Assembly (NCBI GenBank): GCA_023267195.1 | Contig: JAHFNT010000003.1 | Location: forward strand, 77,200 to 121,967 | From: Candidatus Nomurabacteria bacterium | GTDB taxonomy: Bacteria > Patescibacteriota > Minisyncoccia > Phycocordibacterales > UBA9973 | Direction: 5' to 3' | Length of the DNA: 44,768 bases | Shown here: piece by piece, positions 1 through 10,100 of the stretch | How the letters are laid out: every line of letters starts with the position of its first letter | Numbering within the stretch: position 1 is the first letter of the stretch | Program-made: the position numbers and the translations under genes | Notes under the pieces: model-generated | The model's input: the letters and a program-made list of their open reading frames with translations, nothing else | Told to the model about the DNA's origin: nothing | Database searches by the model: none

Positions 1-894
1 ATTAAAGGCAGGTATCCAGATCTTTCTAAGGCTCCGCAAAGTGTACAGGATTTTATGAAAGAACCAAATGCTACAAAATTAGCCATTAAGCTGGGACTAT
101 TTCAACCAGGAACCGAAGATGGAAAAGAAAGTGCGTTGATTGGTGAAGGCTCAGTTTTAAAGTTTGATGAGCACGGAAATCTTTCTTTACATAACACATT
201 AAATGGAAAAGAAAATACTTTGATCCACGGGAACAGCGCAGAAGTGGAAAAATACCATGGAAATATGTTTGATTCGGATCATAGCGCTCAAGTTCACATA
301 GAGCCGAGCCCGGATGAGCAAATAGTAAAAATTCCAGAGGGAGCAAAATCATATCCTATTGATCACCCAGCTAATCCTGAAGTAGCAGCCGCTAGGGCAA
401 AGGTGTTGGTTGGAATGGAAGAAGCAGCAAGTAAACAACAAGCTGGAAGTACGGCTGCAGAAACAGCCCAGGCGGAACATGTAACAACCGCAAAACCGGG
501 GAGGGTAAATATGTTAGAAGAATATAAAAATATCAGAAAAGGAAATTCTCATTTTGCCAAAAATCCTTTCGATTTGACTCCAGCCAATCTAGTTGATGCT
601 TATGAAACTCACCAAAGGAACATAAAATTTTTATTCCCCGAAGATAAAATCGGCGACTGGGAAGCTCTGAAAAAACTAAAAGCAAAAGACTGGGTGCAGG
701 GAGGAGCTATCAGCGACGATTTTGATCCCTTTACGAAATATCTTAACAAACTTTCAAATGCAACAGGACTTGACCCGAGGGGTTGGAGGCTTTTTGGTGG
801 ATACGAAACGAATGAATCATACATAGAGCGAGCACTACAAAAGGCAGCTAGTTTGCGGAAGTTAGGCAGGTTGGATTTAAAAGAATTGCAGTAA
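1..894 (+). CDS. Hypothetical protein, 5'-truncated by the window edge; C-terminal domain paralogous to that of 1254..3248
   Basis: Frame is open from base 1 (att aaa ggc agg...) to the ATG at 55, so the gene probably starts upstream; no recognisable family motif. Confidence 0.75.
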   Translation: MKGRYPDLSKAPQSVQDFMKEPNATKLAIKLGLFQPGTEDGKESALIGEGSVLKFDEHGNLSLHNTLNGKENTLIHGNSAEVEKYHGNMFDSDHSAQVHIEPSPDEQIVKIPEGAKSYPIDHPANPEVAAARAKVLVGMEEAASKQQAGSTAAETAQAEHVTTAKPGRVNMLEEYKNIRKGNSHFAKNPFDLTPANLVDAYETHQRNIKFLFPEDKIGDWEALKKLKAKDWVQGGAISDDFDPFTKYLNKLSNATGLDPRGWRLFGGYETNESYIERALQKAASLRKLGRLDLKELQ

Positions 895-927
895 AAATTA
901 AATTTTAATGTTATCATTAGAGCAATT

Positions 928-1233
928 ATGGAGGCAAGCAAACAAACATTAGTGGATTTATTTGAACTGGACAAAGTGGCTCCAGAAAAAGCAGTGGAGA
1001 TGGCGGGACGCTTGAGTAAATTAGTGTTTCAAGCTGTCTTGGTACGCGCCTTGCCACTCCTATCTGAACCAGACTTGGCAGAATATGAAAAAATGGTTGA
1101 TGCAAAAGAGAATGGAGAGATAATCTTTAAATTTTTAGGCGAAAAAGTTCCAGACTTTCAAAAAATAGTAGAGGAAGAAGCAGAACTTTTGCGCAAAGAA
1201 TTGGCAAGGGAGTTTGAAAAAGCGGGGGTTTAA
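928..1233 (+). CDS. Small helical CPR-type hypothetical protein (DUF5663-like)
   Basis: 101 aa, acidic and helical (LFELDKVAPEK...VPDFQKIVEEE); extended -10 TGTTATCAT upstream; family name from recall only. Confidence 0.6.
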   Translation: MEASKQTLVDLFELDKVAPEKAVEMAGRLSKLVFQAVLVRALPLLSEPDLAEYEKMVDAKENGEIIFKFLGEKVPDFQKIVEEEAELLRKELAREFEKAGV

Positions 1234-1253
1234 AAAATATTTAAGAAAATAAA

Positions 1254-3248
1254 ATGGGAAAAGAAGATTTAACAAAAAAAGCAAGAAAGCGAATAAAACC
1301 AAGACAAGAAACTGCGCCCCTAACACAGAAAGAAGGAGAACATATAGAGAAAGATTTAGCTGCAGCACAAATACTTAAGGGGGTCAAGGGAAGAATAGAT
1401 ACGGGGAAAAAACTAAGAGAAAAATTAGAGGGTAATTTGAGTTTGGCACGTGCAGAACTATTTGAAAGAACAGCGTCAGTGAAAATAGCAGAGCCAGAAG
1501 AAGTGAAAGCAGCACTTGAAGAAGTAGAGGCACAGCAACCTACGTCGCTAGAAAAAGTTGAAACTGTGGATGTTGCAGAATCAGTAGATACTAGTGATTT
1601 GCCAGAGGAGGTCAAAAAATTGATTAATGGCGAACTACAAAAAATAATAGATAAAACAAAATTAGCCAAAGACCTAGACGTTGCAAGTTTTTTGAAAACA
1701 GAAAAAGAACTGCTTAAAAGCAACCCTATAAAATATTTTAGCGAAAAAGCAATAAATACTGAAAAGCGTTTAAAACAAATTCAGGGAAGCAAAGTACTGC
1801 AAGAACTAGATGAAAGAACAGCGGAATCTTTAATTTTAAAGGATCGCACCGAAAACCTGCAAAAAATCTTAAGGGCATTAAGGGAGAGACGAGACGCCAG
1901 GCTATCATCAGCAAAATTTAATGAGATGGAGCCTATTTCCCGTGCCAATACAGAAAAAGTATTGGCGGCCATAGCTAAAGCTAAAACCACACAAATGGCA
2001 CGTGGAGAAGAAGTTACACCCGCTCCTGTGCCAGAGGTGGTGGTAGAAGAAGGATCGGAATCGAAGGCAATAATTGAAAAAGCAAGAGGAACTTTAAAAG
2101 AAAGGGCGCTCAAGCTCGTTGAGCAAAGAAGAGAAGAAACAGAAGAGAACACGGGGAAGTCTTTATTTGGTAAAAAGTACAGAGTACTGATTACTGGAGC
2201 GGCAGCAGTATTAGCATCCGTCTTTTCATTGCATAAGCTAGACAAAATTTTTGGGTCGGGGACAAAAATAGAAGATAAAAAATCTTCTATTTTGGCAGAA
2301 AGTGCAATCTCTGCAGAAGATAAAACAGTAATAAGAGAAAGATTAGAAAAAGCTGGGGTAAAAATAAACCCACGGAGTTTTGAAAGAACAGTACCTGCAA
2401 CATCAGAAACAAGTGCGGAAGAACCTCCGAAAGATGAAACAGAAATAGAAGAAGAGGAGGAGGACGAAGGAAACGAAAGAGTGTTTGGGTCTGTAACTGA
2501 AGCAAGGTCCAAAAAAATGAGGGCGCCAGAGGAACATGAAGAAAAACTGGAACCAGAACCAAAAATACATGGATTACCAAAACCTGTACTTCCTGTAGAG
2601 CCGGGAGAAGAGGAAAGATTGGAGTTTACAACAGAGGAAGAGACAGCGCCTGAAGATTTTATATTGAAACCTAAGGCAAAAAAGGAACCAGAAAAATCAG
2701 GGGGAGAAAAACTGACCAGAAGAGAACGAGAGAGAGAAGAAGTTTTAAGTAAATTAAAAATTACAAAATTTACTGAAGAAGAGGAACCTGAACCAGAGCC
2801 TGTACTGCAAACAGAACCAATTAAAGTTGAGACTTTGGATGAATACAGAAGGAGATTAGATGAAGGTGCGGTGGTACCAGAAGTAGAAGTAGAACAAAAA
2901 CCTACTGAAGCTGAAAAAATAAAAGGGGAAATTGAAAAAACAATGGATAATGCAGAAGCAGAAAAGGTAGTAGAACAAGAATCAGAAACAATAAATCCAT
3001 TCCAGAACAGGGAAAACTTTATAAAATTTGTATGTAAAGATGATTTGAAGAGATGGAATAATTTAAAAATCCTGAAGGCAGGATATGTGATAAAACATAA
3101 GATTACTGGGAAAAATGATCCGACTTTTGAACAATTAGTGCGATCTTTACGTGGTTTATCTGAATCGACGGGGAAAAAACCTAAGATTTGGTTCGGAAGA
3201 GAAACGGTTGGGGAATACGTAGATCGAATATTTGAAAGAAAAGGATAA
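1254..3248 (+). CDS. Large Glu/Lys-rich low-complexity membrane-anchored hypothetical protein
   Basis: 664 aa; coiled-coil-like N-half, one hydrophobic segment (VLITGAAAVLASVFSL), E/P-rich linker, small globular C-terminal domain. Confidence 0.75.
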   Translation: MGKEDLTKKARKRIKPRQETAPLTQKEGEHIEKDLAAAQILKGVKGRIDTGKKLREKLEGNLSLARAELFERTASVKIAEPEEVKAALEEVEAQQPTSLEKVETVDVAESVDTSDLPEEVKKLINGELQKIIDKTKLAKDLDVASFLKTEKELLKSNPIKYFSEKAINTEKRLKQIQGSKVLQELDERTAESLILKDRTENLQKILRALRERRDARLSSAKFNEMEPISRANTEKVLAAIAKAKTTQMARGEEVTPAPVPEVVVEEGSESKAIIEKARGTLKERALKLVEQRREETEENTGKSLFGKKYRVLITGAAAVLASVFSLHKLDKIFGSGTKIEDKKSSILAESAISAEDKTVIRERLEKAGVKINPRSFERTVPATSETSAEEPPKDETEIEEEEEDEGNERVFGSVTEARSKKMRAPEEHEEKLEPEPKIHGLPKPVLPVEPGEEERLEFTTEEETAPEDFILKPKAKKEPEKSGGEKLTRREREREEVLSKLKITKFTEEEEPEPEPVLQTEPIKVETLDEYRRRLDEGAVVPEVEVEQKPTEAEKIKGEIEKTMDNAEAEKVVEQESETINPFQNRENFIKFVCKDDLKRWNNLKILKAGYVIKHKITGKNDPTFEQLVRSLRGLSESTGKKPKIWFGRETVGEYVDRIFERKG

Positions 3249-3271
3249 ACTATTTGTGCTATATTTGATTT

Positions 3272-5290
3272 GTGATACACCCAAAAGATCATTTGGACGG
3301 TTTGAATGATAGGCAAATAGAGGCGGCGCTTCATCTCGAGGGTCCGCTACTCATTGTGGCGGGTGCGGGTGCGGGGAAAACTAAAACTATCACGCATCGC
3401 ATCGTAAATCTGATTAAAAATGGCGTGGCACCGGAGAAAATTTTGGCAGTCACCTTTACCAACAAAGCGGCGAAGGAAATGCGCGAGAGAATTATGTCTG
3501 CTATGGGCGCCGAGAATCTTCTTGAGTGGGGTCTCTCGCAGGCCGGCGGGCCGAGAGGGAGCGCTCCGAGAGCACGCGGAGACAGCGACCGCACGAGAGA
3601 AGGATTTTCGGCGCCTTTCGTCAGCACTTTTCACTCACTCGGAGTTTATATTATAAAAGAAAATGCCAGACTGCTCGGGTTGACGAAGTATTTCACCATT
3701 TTAGATGAAGGGGATACTACCACGCTCATCAAAAATATACTGAAAGATCTAGGAATAGATCCAAAAATGTATGATCCCAGAAAAATAAAAAATATAATCT
3801 CGCGCGAAAAGGGAAAGTTTGTGCATTTGACTGATTATGCAGAACAAGAAAATGGAACCTTGGGTAAAATAGTGGCGCAGGTTTGGAATTTATATGAAAA
3901 ACAAAAAACGAAAGAAAATTCTCTTGATTTTGATGATTTGCTCTTAAAAGCAACGAAGCTTCTGAAAGAAAATGAGGAGATTCGCAAAATTTACCAAGAA
4001 AAATGGGAATATATCCACGTGGACGAATATCAAGACACGAATGAAGTTCAATATTTGATGTCTAAATTGCTTTCGGAAAAAAATAGGAATATTTGCGTTG
4101 TGGGAGATGCTGATCAAAATATTTATTCTTGGCGAGGAGCAAATCTAAAAAATATTTTGAGTTTTGAAAAGGATTATCCAAATGCCAAAATAATTTTACT
4201 TGAACAAAATTATCGCTCCACACAAAATATATTGGAAGCGGCCAATGAAATAATTAAGAAAAATAAATACCGACCGGATAAAAATTTATTTACTAAAAAC
4301 AAAACGGGTGAAAAAATCGGGTTGTATGAAGCGCTTGATGAGACAGATGAAGCAGAATTTGTGGCAACAAAAGTTTTAGAAATTATGGATAAGGGATCCG
4401 CTTTTAGCGAAATTGCAGTTCTCTATCGCGCGAATTTCCAATCACGCGCGCTAGAGGAGGCAATGCTTCGATACAATATTCCATATCAAGTTTTGGGCGT
4501 TAAATTTTTTGAAAGAAAAGAGATTAAAGACACCTTGGCGTATTTGCGCGCAGCTTTGAATCCGGATAGTTTGTCGGATATAAAAAGAATTATAAATTTC
4601 CCGACGCGAGGCATCGGCAAAGTGACCTTGGCAAAAATTTTTGCAAATGATAAGGAAAACCTGCCGACAAAAGTGAAAATAAAAGTAAATAATTTTTATG
4701 AAACATTAGAGGAAATAAGGAGGGAAATAAAAATTTTAAAAACAAGCGAAGTGATAAAATTTGTAGTGAAAAAGTCCGGCATTGAACAAGAACTCGCGAG
4801 TGGAACGGAAGAGGATCGAGAAAGATTGGAGAACATTAAAGAGCTCGCGACATTGGCCCTGAAGTATGATAATTTAACGGAGGGAGCTGGGGTAGAAAAA
4901 CTTTTAGAGGATGCTTCGCTGGCATCAGATCAGGATAGTTTGATAGAAAGAGGGACAAAAAAAGAATTAGTAAATGCGGTCAAACTTATGACTGTCCATG
5001 CTTCAAAAGGACTTGAGTTTAAAGGGGTTTTTATCACTGGTCTCGAAGATGGACTTTTCCCGCATGAACGGCAAAATGAAGTGGAGGGGCAAGATATGGA
5101 GGAGGAAAGGAGGCTTTTCTATGTTGCGCTTACTCGCGCCAAAGAAAAATTATTTTTATCCTTCGCCAATTTTCGCACCATTTTCGGCTCGCGCCAGATT
5201 AACACTCCTTCAGAATTTATCTCCGACATTCCAGCCGATCTGCTAGAGAGGGAAGGCGAGGCAAAAGGAATAAAAACTATTTACATATGA
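3272..5290 (+). CDS. pcrA: ATP-dependent DNA helicase UvrD/PcrA with an in-frame palindromic insertion
   Basis: AGAGAGKT, TFTNKAA, STFHS, VDEYQD, GDADQNIYSWRGA, LEQNYRS, TVHASKGLEF, EERRLFYVALTRA; GTG start. Confidence 0.97.
   Translation: MIHPKDHLDGLNDRQIEAALHLEGPLLIVAGAGAGKTKTITHRIVNLIKNGVAPEKILAVTFTNKAAKEMRERIMSAMGAENLLEWGLSQAGGPRGSAPRARGDSDRTREGFSAPFVSTFHSLGVYIIKENARLLGLTKYFTILDEGDTTTLIKNILKDLGIDPKMYDPRKIKNIISREKGKFVHLTDYAEQENGTLGKIVAQVWNLYEKQKTKENSLDFDDLLLKATKLLKENEEIRKIYQEKWEYIHVDEYQDTNEVQYLMSKLLSEKNRNICVVGDADQNIYSWRGANLKNILSFEKDYPNAKIILLEQNYRSTQNILEAANEIIKKNKYRPDKNLFTKNKTGEKIGLYEALDETDEAEFVATKVLEIMDKGSAFSEIAVLYRANFQSRALEEAMLRYNIPYQVLGVKFFERKEIKDTLAYLRAALNPDSLSDIKRIINFPTRGIGKVTLAKIFANDKENLPTKVKIKVNNFYETLEEIRREIKILKTSEVIKFVVKKSGIEQELASGTEEDRERLENIKELATLALKYDNLTEGAGVEKLLEDASLASDQDSLIERGTKKELVNAVKLMTVHASKGLEFKGVFITGLEDGLFPHERQNEVEGQDMEEERRLFYVALTRAKEKLFLSFANFRTIFGSRQINTPSEFISDIPADLLEREGEAKGIKTIYI
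3506..3615. repeat. GC-rich palindromic element in frame within uvrD/pcrA
   Basis: Imperfect terminal inverted repeat ggcgccgagaatcttct / agaaggattttcggcgcc; lengthens the region between motifs Ia and Ib. Confidence 0.85.
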
Positions 5291-6132
5291 AAATATTTCA
5301 TCAAGCAAAAAAATCTTTAGGGCAAAACTTTTTAAAGTCCGAGGTCGCGCTTCAGAAAATTATTGAAGCGGGAGAAATAAAACAAGATGATGTAATTTTA
5401 GAAATTGGTCCAGGGAGGGGAGCGCTGACTAAAAAGCTTTTAGCTTCTAGCTGTCAGCTTATAGCTGTGGAGAAAGACAAAGAACTCTTTGATTTACTGA
5501 AAGAAAAATTCAAAGAAGAGATTTTATCTGGTCAACTAATTTTAATATGTGATGATATCTTGAATTTTAATCTAAGCTATAAGCTATTAACTAAAAGCTA
5601 TAAGCTAATCGCCAATATTCCTTACAACATAACCGGCGCAATTTTAAAAAAATTTCTGACAGAGAAACAGCAACCGGAACGCATGGTTTTACTAGTGCAA
5701 CACGAAGTCGCGAAGCGCATAGTCGCGCGTGACAACAAAGAAAGTGTTCTCTCTATCTCAGTGAAGGCTTATGGGGAGCCTAAAATGATAATGAAGGTGG
5801 AGGCTCGATATTTTTCACCAGCACCCAAGGTGGATTCGGCTATAATTTCTATAAAAAATATTTCCAGAAAGAATTTTACCTCACCTCCGGCCCCTCTCCT
5901 TGCCAAGGAGAGGGTGGCCCAAAAGTCTTCCGGGCCGGGTGAGGTGAATGAAGAAAATTTCTGGCAAATAGTAAAAACCGGCTTCGCCCATAAACGAAAA
6001 AAGCTTGCTAGCAATCTAAAATCCCTAAAATATTTTAAGTCTATGGGGCAAAAAGAGAAACTGGAAAAGCTGGGCAACAAAAGAGCAGAGGATTTAACAC
6101 TTTCAGACTGGATTTCACTAGCTAAACAATAA
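5287..6132 (+). CDS. rsmA: 16S rRNA m6,2A dimethyltransferase RsmA/KsgA
   Basis: KKSLGQNFL, LEIGPGRGALT, ANIPYNIT, FSPAPKVDSA; ATGA overlap with pcrA. Confidence 0.96.
   Translation: MKIFHQAKKSLGQNFLKSEVALQKIIEAGEIKQDDVILEIGPGRGALTKKLLASSCQLIAVEKDKELFDLLKEKFKEEILSGQLILICDDILNFNLSYKLLTKSYKLIANIPYNITGAILKKFLTEKQQPERMVLLVQHEVAKRIVARDNKESVLSISVKAYGEPKMIMKVEARYFSPAPKVDSAIISIKNISRKNFTSPPAPLLAKERVAQKSSGPGEVNEENFWQIVKTGFAHKRKKLASNLKSLKYFKSMGQKEKLEKLGNKRAEDLTLSDWISLAKQ
5434..5607. repeat. Inverted pair of degenerate heptamer arrays inside rsmA
   Basis: 5434-5468 aagcttt tagcttc tagctgt cagctta tagctgt; 5573-5607 taagcta taagcta ttaacta aaagcta taagcta. Confidence 0.75.
5878..5945. repeat. REP-like composite palindrome (family A) in frame in rsmA
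   Basis: acctcacc...ggtgaggt outer stem; internal hairpins cctctcctt-gcc-aaggagagg and ggccc...gggcc; encodes TSPPAPLLAKERVAQKSSGPGEV. Confidence 0.9.
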
Positions 6133-6201
6133 ACCCTAGGGTATAATTAACTCATAATTAAATTATTTTGGTTAAAACACAAAAGGATACTCTCAATCGT
6201 T

Positions 6202-7089
6202 TTGGCGATGCTTTTTTTGGTCATCCTTGTTTTGATAAAAAATGCCTCTTCGGTCAAAAATACCGTGAGTTCAATTTTAGGAATGAATAAAAATGGGCTT
6301 GTTTATAGTGGCGCTACGGTGGGCGAGTTGGTAAACAAAGATACAGATGGAGATGGAATCTTGGACTGGGAAGAGCCATTGTATGGACTCGACCCCACCA
6401 CCAAAGAAACCACCCCGGGCGTGCCGGATAGCTCGGTAATCAAGAAATTAAAATCGGAATCAGAATATAATTTAGATGGAGCAGATGGATCTTATCCCAG
6501 CCCCGAGAATCTGACGGAAACAGATAAATTTTCACAAGAACTTTTTTCCACTGTTGCCACTTTAAATCAAACTGGGGGGTTAGACGAAATGACAGCAGAT
6601 AAAATCAGCAGTTCCTTGGCTGAACATATAAAAAATTCGGTTCCTAAAAAAATTTATACTCTGGCTGATCTTAAAATAATCAATAGTGATAGTAATCAAA
6701 CGATTCAAAATTATGCTGAGGTTTTGGATAATGTCTTCAAAAAATATCCAATGGATTACAGCATAAATGATGTGCTACAAAAGTTCGTGGTTGATGGAAA
6801 TAATGTTGATACTAGTGTCTTAGTCGAACTTGATCCAATAATAACGCAATTGAAAAAAGTTATAAGTGAAATGATAAAAATAAGCGTTCCAAAATCTCTA
6901 TCTTCTCTACATTTAGACTTTTTGAATGGGCTAGAAAGGCTGTCTGAAAACCTAAGCGACATAAAACTCTATGACAGCGATGCTATCGTGGCACTCGGGG
7001 GCGTAAGTCAATATAAAAATAATTCCGCACTACTCGAATCCAGCGTGAAAAATCTTGCAGATGAGATCGCCAATAAATTGAACAATTAA
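6202..7089 (+). CDS. Membrane-anchored protein with a TSP3-like Ca-binding motif; first gene of the T4SS-like cluster
   Basis: N-terminal TM; DTDGDGILDWEE motif; frame is open from 6151, so the start is uncertain. Confidence 0.75.
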   Translation: MAMLFLVILVLIKNASSVKNTVSSILGMNKNGLVYSGATVGELVNKDTDGDGILDWEEPLYGLDPTTKETTPGVPDSSVIKKLKSESEYNLDGADGSYPSPENLTETDKFSQELFSTVATLNQTGGLDEMTADKISSSLAEHIKNSVPKKIYTLADLKIINSDSNQTIQNYAEVLDNVFKKYPMDYSINDVLQKFVVDGNNVDTSVLVELDPIITQLKKVISEMIKISVPKSLSSLHLDFLNGLERLSENLSDIKLYDSDAIVALGGVSQYKNNSALLESSVKNLADEIANKLNN

Positions 7090-7128
7090 CCGAAGAGATA
7101 TATAATATTAGGGCACAAGAAAGAAAAA

Positions 7129-10100
7129 ATGATTTTCAAAAATAAAAAAATACAAAAAATTATTTCATCTCTTTTGGTCATTGCGGTGCTTGCCCCATCT
7201 CTGGTTTTCTTTGTTGCTCCCAAAAAAGTAAATGCTTCGGGTACGCCAGTTTTAGATTTTTTAGGAAATGCATTAAAGTATGTGGGAAATCTTTTTACAC
7301 ACTCAACAGCAGTATCCTCTGCCACAACCGCAAGTTATGCCGCGAAGGAATGGTATGAATTGATACTTGAGCAGGTTCTTCAGGCTGTTGCCAGAAAAGC
7401 CCTACAAGAAATAACTAAAAGTACCGTCAATTGGATAAATAGTGGCTTCCATGGAAGCCCGCTCTTCCTAGAAAATTCAGACTCTTTTTTCCAAGACATC
7501 GTGAAATCTGAAATAAAATCACTAGTTAATGAATTCGGATATGATTCTTCTAGATTTCCTTTCGGTAAAGATTTTTCTTTAAACACAATAATGTCCTACA
7601 AGAGGACACTGGATGATAACGCTGTATACACTTTGAGTAAAGTCACCAATGACCCTGCGCTACTTAGAGCTTATCAAAACAATTTCAATGTTGGTGGCTG
7701 GAATGCTTTTCTCCTCAATACCCAATATCCACAAAATAATTACCTGGGATTCAAAATGCTCGCCGAACAAGAACTTGCGAGAAGAATCTCTGCATCACCT
7801 GGCGCAAAAAATGCAATAACAAAAGTGAAAGAAGCCCTCCAGCAGGGAAATGGCTTTTTATCTCCACAGACTTGTCCTTCAAATCCCGCATACAATAATG
7901 GTTATAATGAATTCAATAAACCCTCCTTTAAGCCATCGGCAGACTACAACCCCCCACATCCTTATCCGGCAGACGATACAATTGGTTTTACAGCAAAAGA
8001 AATAGCAGAAAATGCATTGTATGATCAAACTTGGCAAGCGGGGGTCGCCATAGAAAAAACAAAGTTTGAAGCAAAAAATACCTGCCCCAAGGGACTGGTG
8101 GCTACTACACCAGGGGCAGTGGTATCAAACCAAATAACAAACGCGCTGGGGTCGCAGTTGCGCCAGAGCGAACTTGGCGCCGCCTTGGGAAATAGTCTTT
8201 CTCAAATTTTTGACGCTTTGCTCAATAAACTTTTGGATGAAGGATTAAATGCTCTAGCAAGCAAAACTAATCCAGATCCAGAACCAGACAACTGGAGCTA
8301 TGGAGGATTGCGTCTTGATGGATCCGATGGCACTAGCGATGATCCGTTTGCTGGATTCGACGAAATAGTTTCACTAAAACAATTTAGAAAGTTGTTGGAT
8401 GGATATTTTATAGGAACTTGCAGTAACATAAAGGATTCCAATGGCAATGATCTAGCCGACCAGGAAAATGTGCCCAAGGAACAATGTGAATCTCAAAGCA
8501 TCACTGGTTATAGCTTTGGAACCTGCTCCGGTATAAAAGTTAATGGCATTCAGTATCCAGATCAAGAGGGTATACCGAGAACGACCTGTGATGCTATTCC
8601 AGGCGCCACTTGGACAAAGGTGGGAACTATATATCCAAATACAACCACCTGGACCAGAAACTCTCCACCATTGCAAGATTATATTCCTGGAGACATAGCC
8701 AATACCGAAGAAGAAATAGCCCTGCTAGATAATGGACAATTAACCAGCGGATCTGCCTCAAGTGTAAACCCAAATTCAATCGGCACCTGCACAGGCGAAG
8801 ATCAGATAGGTTCTTATACTGCTCAGACCACTCAATCTGATTGTACCGCAATAGGAGGGGTATGGACTCCGACCTATTCTTCCTCATCGTCTGGATTGGC
8901 CAGCTCTTCTGGCAATGCAAACTTGGGTATTCTCCAATTGGTAAAATTGATTCTGGAAAAAACTATAACCCTTGATCAGTGCATCCCTGGGCCAGATAAA
9001 GGCTGGGAAGATAGACTAAAAGCGGAACAGTCAAGGGTTGGGAAAAGATTAACTGACGATATGAGCGACGATGATCCACTAAAAGTAAAAGCCTCTAATG
9101 ACATAATGCGCGAATTAAAATTTGCCGTAGATTCATTCAAGGACTGGATAAGTTTTGCCATGATAGGTAAGCCAGCCCCAAAACTTCCTAACCTTTCGCT
9201 TCCTAATTCAGTAATTTATATTGATGAGGTTAAGAAAATAGATGATCTGCCTCAACAATCAAAAGAAGTGACAGATACCGTAAGAGTAAAACGCCAGACG
9301 CTAGCTAGACTGGAAGCACTAAAAGCAAACTTGGAAACAATATCAGACAATATTAAACCTTTAGAAGAGCCAACACCAAAAACTGCCTATGAAAATCAAT
9401 TAATATCACTATGGAAACAATATAAAGCACTTCGAGCCTCAATTTCATCCACAAATAGTATAGAAAATACTAGAAACCAAAGAACGGTACTAGAAGAATG
9501 GTCAAATAAGCTGGAAGAACCCGTAGACCCAAACGACTCAAGCAAGGGAACAAAAGGTTTAATTCCCGAATGTTTGACAGAAAGAACAACAATGGGTTGG
9601 GATGCACCTGACCCGACGGGCAAGGGAAATAGCAAACTAACCACGTTAACTACTCCTCAGCAAATCATCAAAATATATGCAGTATTATCAACCAGAGAGG
9701 GAAATAGTACGGCAAGCATTATTGGCGGACTGACCGGTGGCTTGGTGGGTAGTATATTGGGTGGATTATTTGGTACAGAAACAATAGAAGATCGTATTGC
9801 AGAAATTGAGTATCCACTAAAGGGTACAGAAAATGAACAATTCTGCGGCTTGCCAATTATCAACGGCTACAGCCACGGTGAAGTCATCAGACAAGATAGT
9901 TCCAATGAATTAATAACCACCAATGGAGCCGTCAGTGGCGGAGCTCCGGTTCCTTGTGATTCTGGATTGGATAATACTTCTCCAACAGATCCAGTTTCAA
10001 ACAGTGCTGACAGTAGTGCGAGTGGTAGCGGGGGTACGAGACAAACTGGTTTTTGTGGCAGTATTGGTGTCGACCCTACCGGGACCGGCACAAGTGGAGG

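Noticed and set aside
1781-3334. 517-aa minus-strand ORF
   Set aside because: Ser/Phe/Leu-rich antisense shadow of the Glu/Lys-rich gene 1254..3248; no independent coding signal.
3506-3615. Intein or self-splicing intron explanation for the coding inserts
   Set aside because: Far too short, with no intein C/S...HN termini and no group I/II core motifs.
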